Below, one piece after another: positions 53,116 through 64,000 of a stretch of DNA of 64,000 nucleotides. This stretch comes from the human T2T-CHM13v2.0 reference genome, Homo sapiens. The stretch lies in assembly GCF_009914755.1 (NCBI RefSeq), contig NC_060930.1, one strand, 5' to 3'. Both the position numbers and the translations under genes were made by a program. Under the pieces are notes generated by a model. The model saw nothing but the letters and a program-made list of their open reading frames with translations. It was not told the DNA's origin and ran no database searches. Each line of letters begins with the position of its first letter. The stretch's first letter is position 1.

Positions 53116-54132
53116 ATGAGAAAGAATCAACAAAAAACATGCTGAAAACCCAACAGGCCAGAGTGCCTCTTCTCCAAATGATCGCAACACCTCTCCACCA
53201 AGGGTGCAGAACTGGACGGAGGATGAGATGAATGAATTGGCAGAAGTAGGCTTCAGAAGATGGGTAATAAAAAGCTTCACTGGGCTAAAGGAGCATGTTC
53301 TAAACCCAGTGCAAAGAAGCTAAGAACCTTGATAGAATGTTAGAGGAGCTGCTGACTAGAATAACCAGTTTAGAGAGAAACATAAATGACCTGATGGAGC
53401 TGAAAAACAAAACACGAGAACTTCGTGAACCATAACCAAGTGTCAATAGCTGAATCGACCAAGCTGAAGAAAAGATATCAGAGTTTGAAGACAATCTTGC
53501 TGAAATAAGCTATGCAGACAAGATTAGAGAAAAAAGAATGAAAAGGAATGAACAAAGCCTTCAAGCAATATGGGATTTGGTAAAAAGATTGAACCTATAA
53601 TTGATTGGAGTACTTGAAGGAGACAGGGAGAATGGAAACAAGCCAGAAAACAAACTTCAGGATATTATCCAGGAGAACTTCCCCAACCTAGCAAGACAGG
53701 CCAACATGCAAATTCAGGAAATACAGAGAACACCACTAAGATTCTTCATGAGAAGATCAACCCCAAGACACATAATCATCAGATTCTCCAAGGTCAAAAT
53801 GAAGGAAAAAAATATGAAGAGCAGCCAGAGAGAAAGGCCAGGTCACCAACAAAGGGAAGCCCATCAGACTGACAGCAGACCTCTCAGCAGAAACTCTACA
53901 ATCCAGAAGAGACTGGGGGCCAATATTAAACATTCTTAAATAAAAGAATTTTCAACCCAGAGTTTCATATCCATCCAAACTAAGCTTCATAAATGAAGGA
54001 GAAATAAAATCCTTTCCAGAGAAGCAAAAGCTGAGGGATTTCATTACCACCAGGCCTGCCTTGCAAGAGCTCCTGAAAGAAGCACTAAATATGGAAAGGA
54101 AAGACCAGCCACTGCAAAAACACACCAATATA
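53116..54132 (+). pseudogene. L1 ORF1p (RNA-binding chaperone), disrupted
   Basis: IGVLEGDRENG..DIIQENFPNLARQANMQIQEIQRTP..TPRHIIIRFSKV (53601-53939); stops and frameshifts. Confidence 0.92.
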
Positions 54133-54196
54133 AAGACCAATGACACTATGAAGAAACTGCATCAACTAGTGTGCAAAATAACGAGATAATATCATG

Positions 54197-57993
<3,797 letters not shown>

Positions 57994-60891
57994 GCAATGA
58001 GAACACATGGACACAGGGAGGGGAACATCACACACCAGGGCCTGAGGGTGTTGTGGGGTGGGGGCAGTGGGGAGGGAACTTAGAGGATGAGTCAATAGGT
58101 GCAGCAAACCACCACGGCACACGTATACCTATGTAACAAATCTGCACGTTCTGCACATGGATCCTGGAACTTAAAATTAAAAAAAAATAAATACAATAAA
58201 AAGTTTTCTTTATTCTTTTCACAAAGCAAAAAATGTTATAGAAGCCTCAATGTCTGAGTCTCTTGCTTGTCATATTGGTCTTGAAGAGACTCTCAATATA
58301 CTGCCCAATTGCTTTTTTCAATATTAGTGGTTCCAGCACCTTAATTAGGAATTTTGCTTATAGATTTCATGATTCTTAGAAAAGGAACATGTTTTCCAGT
58401 TGAGAGGAAATGTGTCTTACAGCTGGTAGCTCAGCTGTACTAGGGAAGGTATTGTTATCTTGCCCAAAGCAAACTTCTAGGGCCATCTTTGTACCTTGGG
58501 GATGGGATAGCCAATGACTGGAAGCCAAGAAAGCAGAGGCAGGAGGAGCCACATTCAGCTTTTTCCAACCCTGGAAATCGGTCAACCCAGCCCAAGCATA
58601 TTGTTGGTGTTTTATTAAAAGGGTTGATTTGGGGAATGTTGTGTTTGCCATGCAATGTCATGCCTCAAAGCCTTGGTTTCCAGCCTTTATTTATATGCTT
58701 AATTGTTGCTATGGAAATTCAATATTTAAAGAGGTAATTATTGCTGATCTTGTTGCATGTGTCCATTTCTGATGTCCAGCTGTTAGCTCTTTAGCTCCAG
58801 TCTAGCAGATTAATTACTGCTATTGATTACTTTGAGCTTCTCTCTTCACACCTGCAGTCTGTGTAATTAGCTGGTGGCCTCCTCTGAAAATTAGGAGCAG
58901 TTTCATTCTGGCACTTTGCCATTTCCCAGCCATGTGCACTGCACTGATGAACAAAAGCAAATCTATTTTAAATAGAGATATCTGGGTAATGAACTCTTTG
59001 TGTTTTTGAACTATCCTTGGATAATTCAAATTACCCTCTGTTAGCAAATATTGTACCTCATTTGATGACTATCTGCAAAGAAAAAAATTCCAAAACACTA
59101 GTTTTTATTCCCATTTCCACCTTGCAGAAATTTGCTCCTGTGTGTGGTTTAAAAAAATCAAAACAACTTTCTAATTCTGCTGCTGAGGGTATTGGGGTAC
59201 TGAAATAGGCTTCCTAATGGAGCCCAGTGGAAGCAGCTGAGTTTGCACTCTGAGTATTGCAAACATCCAGGTATTAATGTGCATCCCTTCATTAGATTCA
59301 CACTCCTAGTTTGAGAGACAAATCGCCATTCTTGGGAGTCACTGATATGCATTGGGAATAAAAAAGTTTCCTATTAAAAATGATTGAGTCAGAGACATGA
59401 GAGAGATATTTGATATTCTTCCCAACTTTGTTCCAGTTAATAAGATTTTTTTTTCCTCCCTGCTCACTGGAAACTGAATCTGGAAATGCCAAACATTCAA
59501 ATCTAGAGTTCTGTGTCTGATGTCCTGTTTCGATACTTCCTCATCTGTCATGTGTTACTGCCTAAACACTCAGGAAATACAAGTTGGTGGTAGAATTGGG
59601 AGTGGACTTCCCAAGTAATGGTATGCAATGATTACTAACATGGCCAGCTGTTCCTTTCCATGCTGACAGGGTCCCACTAATGTTCCCTTTAGCTATTTAA
59701 CTTGTGTTGAGTTATTATCCTAAGGGTTATTGCTTATTGTAGGAAAAAATAAAGTGTTTTCTTCCTGCCCATGGCATGCATCTGCCAGCTTTCATTTGAA
59801 GCTTTAAGTGAGTAAGTACGTCCCAAAGCCCACTCAGCGCATGGAAGGAAAAAAGTTCAGAAAGTTACCACTTGTCAGAATGATAAAAGTATCATTCCAC
59901 TACCACAAGCACAAATGTGTTTAGTTGGATCACAGCAAACTGGGAATGTTCCATCAGCTCCAAGACAGCCTCTACGGAAGCAAAGAAAGATGACCTTCTG
60001 AGGTTCCAAGCAATCAGGTGGGCGATGGTATGCAGCAGAAAAGAGTAGAGAGATAAGGGGCACTCACTCGTCAACTCAATGAAGCTTTGGGGCATCTAAT
60101 CGGGAGGCTGAACACTGGCCCTCAGACCAGAAGGTCCCCAGCTGGAATCTCATCATTTCCACCGCTTCCAGATTAAAATTTAAATTGTGTGCTGCCATTT
60201 GGAGGCCTTCTGGGCAGGGTCTCACAGAGTCACCAGTTATTAGGAATGCCTCCTATTATCACAACCCTAAAAGCTATTTGAACAGCAGCCTAATGTGATT
60301 GTGATTTCCAAGGACCATTTGCTGTTATTGCAGCTCTGCTCGGATGTGAGTGGGAGCGACTAACCAAAGTTGCCTTCTCATAGTACCAGAGAGGAGAATC
60401 AGAGGCACCAGAGAAAGATTTAACTGGCCATAAATGTAAATTCATCCCCAATAAACAATCTTTTGTTCCCCCCATTTAGGCAAGGTCATCTCTCATTCTG
60501 GCAAATAGCAATACTCTTTCCCGTACAAGAGTGTAAACTTTAGAAATTCATATTAATTATAATTTCAACTCCACTGGAAATATGAAAATTATGAAAACAT
60601 AGTTTTAAAGAGGTACTATAGTAAAATACGAAGGGATAGTTTTACATAATATTCCATACTTATGGGTGATAGACAGGGATTTAAACATGTATGTAGCTTC
60701 TCTTTGAAGCCAATGCAAAAATTAAACACACTAACCTTATGAATATCTGAGGCTACGCACAGTATATGTGGTATAATGTTAGACATGCCACAGATCTCTG
60801 ATGTATGGAGTTACTTCAGTCATTGGTTTTTCACCACCAGCAGAAGAAAAATGCAAAATATCTAGTTTAGTTTTTTAAACCTGATGTTTAA

Positions 60892-61373
<482 letters not shown>

Positions 61374-61559
61374 AAAACCAGCCAAGTTTTTAAAAACATG
61401 ATGAAGAATACGTGTGTGCATGTGTGTGTGTGTTCAAAGTTACTGGGAGTATATAACCTGTACTCCATTATACCACCATAGGCTGTAATAAAAAGTTACC
61501 TGAAATTACAATTGAGAAATTATCTAGTGAATAATAAAAATAGTGCAGCAGATAGGTAT

Positions 61560-61712
61560 GCAGTACATATTATGTGCCAGGTATTGTGCTAAGTGCTTTG
61601 AATAAATCACCTATTTTAATCCTTGCAGCAAATTATCTGGATTTTACAGAGGAAGGAGGACATTGAAGATTAGAGGTTGCATAGCCTGACCATGTTTACA
61701 TCTAGTAAGTGA
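61560..61712 (-). mobile_element. MIR fragment
   Basis: TATGTGCCAGGTATTGTGCTAAGTGCTTT..TTTAATCCT..TTTTACAGAGGAAG. Confidence 0.75.
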
Positions 61713-62341
61713 CTTTTTTTTTTCTTCTAAGCCAGACTTTTATCTACTTCTGTTCATTTTATTCCAGTTTTGTAGCCTTGATGATGTTTTGTAGAGCCTT
61801 GATTCATTTATGTGAATTCTTTAATATTTTAATGAAATATCCATTCATAGATGTGGTGTCTTTGGGCCTGACTAATATTATATAAGGCTTAGTCTAAAAC
61901 GTAGTTTTTTCCTTAATTTATTTTTACTTATTGCAAGAAGTTGCATAAGAAGTTCCAAGGTCCTGTTATCTTGTCTATGAGGAAAGAGCCCATTTAACCA
62001 AATGGGGAGAGAGCAGAACTGGGCACCTGTGCTACTGTTGCTTGACCAGGGTCAGGAAGAACACTCAGTGACTGTCATCGGTTCTCCCGTGCAGAAGCCT
62101 TTTTGCTGGAAGAATGCAGATTATTATTGATTCCATTACTGGAAATGTAGGGAAATCTTCCCCCACAAACTTGCTGCTGTTTCTTTCTTGGTGCATACAA
62201 TTATTTTTGTTTCACTTGGATGCTTGAAAAATTTATTCCAAGAAAACAACCAAATAATGTCTCTTTTTATTTATGTGTAACACATATGTACGATATGTTT
62301 CACTTTTCTACATATATATGGAAAAACAAAAATAGATATCA

Positions 62342-62562
62342 TTATATATAAGTATATATAAAATATATTTACTATATATATAAAGTAAATATAAAATATA
62401 TTTACTTTATATATATAAAGTAAATATAAAATATATTTACTTTATATATATAAAGTAAATATAAAATATATTTACTTTATATATATAAAGTAAATATAAA
62501 ATATATTTACTTTATATATAAAGTATATATAAAAATATAAAATATATAATATAAAATATATA
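62342..62562. repeat. AT-rich palindromic minisatellite, 35-bp unit
   Basis: Unit GTAAATATAAAATATATTTACTTTATATATATAAA; anchor G at 62385, 62420, 62455, 62490 with 33-bp degenerate spacing at the edges. Confidence 0.95.
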
Positions 62563-63321
62563 TCTGTGTGCATTGCTGTTCCATACACCATGGACACACA
62601 AGTGCATGCACAACACACATACACACAATTGCAGTTCCATGCAGTGTTTCTAAGATGTTTTCTGGCAAGGGCCTTTGAAAGAATAAAGGGCATAGCCTTC
62701 TCAGTGTCAGTACATGTGTAAATATCTTCAGGTTCTATGAAAACATCTTCAGTTTTTCAATAATAGATTGTTTGGAGGGCAGTTTTATGATCTATAGTAC
62801 ACATTAGATAGCCTTCAAGGAATTCTTCTGCAAAAACAGAGGAAGTCAGAATTTTTTGATCTTATTTTTTCCCTTTCTATGTCTAAAAATGTCCCATCTC
62901 CAGAATCAACTCTTGCCCTAATGAGCTGAAACTACATTAGCAAAGTCTTAGGCAGATAAATGGACTCAAACCTTGGTTTGATGATCCTACTTAAGACATT
63001 CAATTAATTCTGTTTTGCTACAAGCTAATTTATGACTTTGTATTTATTCAAAAAATGTTGAACATACAAAGCAGTGGGAGACAAAGTAATGAATTATTCT
63101 ACCTTCCTTCATGTGCTCTCCTGTGTTCACTACAGTAAGGGAGGAAGAGAAACAGGAAAGAAATGCTTTTGATGTAAGATATGTGGGTATTTTCTTGTCA
63201 TACGAGGCAGCCTTTCTCTGATAAAAACACATATACAAGCCCTCTAGGAGATGCTAATTAATACATTAAATGTTACTTTATTAATTGCTGTTACAATTTT
63301 CTTTATTTACCCTGTAAATAG

Positions 63322-63478
63322 TTTTTTCTCCTTCCTTTCTTACTTTCTTGATTCCTTCATTTTTTCCTTCCTTCCTTCCTCCCTCCCTACCTTCCTTCCT
63401 TTTTCCCTCTTTCTGTCCCTCCCTGTTTCCTTCTTCCCTCCCTCCCTGCCTCCCTCTCTGTCTTTGTTCCTTTTCTTT
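63322..63478. repeat. Pyrimidine-rich (TTCC/TCCC)n low-complexity tract
   Basis: Direct reading. Confidence 0.9.
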
Positions 63479-64000
63479 GTGATAAGATTTAGTTTAACGT
63501 GGTCATAAAACTTGCTTGCTTTATGGTGGATCATGAGTGGCAGCTTGATAAAACTGTGATACATTAACAGATATTATGATCCACTTTTCTGTGGCAAAGC
63601 TTAATAATTGATCTGTATAATTTGAGAGAGAAGAAAAATCTGAGAGCTTTAAAGTAATTTACAGCCCCATGCCACACTCGGTGTGTTTTTAATGAGCTTC
63701 TCTAGATCTACAGGTAGTGAAAGTTTTCTCTGCTGATGTGCAGGGCAACTTGTCAAGACATCCTGCAGGGAAGTGTGTTCAAAGAAGGTCAGCCAGGGAA
63801 TGGAACTGCATGAGGTGATGCTGTGGTATATAATTGACTTCCTGTTTCTCTGGAAAGTGATAGAAGGTGAGGTTGAGAGGAAGCTGCCCCTTCTCAATTC
63901 CCTCTCCCTCTTTCTCAGTTTATTAAAACTGCTTTTCTTATCTCCCCTTCTACTATTTATCTTTCCTCTTTGCATTCTGCAGCCTAAAACTCTAATCGCA

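Noticed and set aside
62342-62562. Regularly spaced palindromic repeats as a CRISPR-like array
   Set aside because: No unique spacers, eukaryotic context, no cas genes; it is a VNTR
63251-63564. ORFs rich in F/S/L/P or K/E/R/G
   Set aside because: Low-complexity TTCC tract read on both strands

Overview
AT-rich, non-coding simian-primate genomic DNA (AluJ/S/Y, L1PA and MST elements present). I find no convincing host protein-coding exon, RNA gene, CpG-island promoter or CRISPR. The longer ORFs in the track that I can assign are decayed retroelement frames (L1 ORF1/ORF2, L3/CR1 RT, MaLR internal region, Alu) or low-complexity frames. Main elements: a full-length but inactivated ~6.4 kb L1PA with TSD (51789-58197), a complete two-LTR MSTB-type MaLR provirus nested in another MST LTR (13007-15371), a second truncated MSTB, an L3/CR1 LINE broken up by four younger insertions (19470-24960), a four-level MER5>MER58A>L1MB>AluJ nest, several Alus with TSDs, and many MIR/L2/MLT relics. 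The most unusual signals are structural: several locally templated insertions at deletion junctions (notably a 61-bp copy replacing an L1 3' end), a 35-bp-period AT-rich VNTR built from 32-bp perfect palindromes, and a three-armed Alu. A few repeat-free, homeobox/E-box-rich blocks are candidate enhancers. Nothing supports a novel gene system. Subfamily names come from recalled consensus sequences and need RepeatMasker/Dfam confirmation; boundaries of old repeats are approximate.
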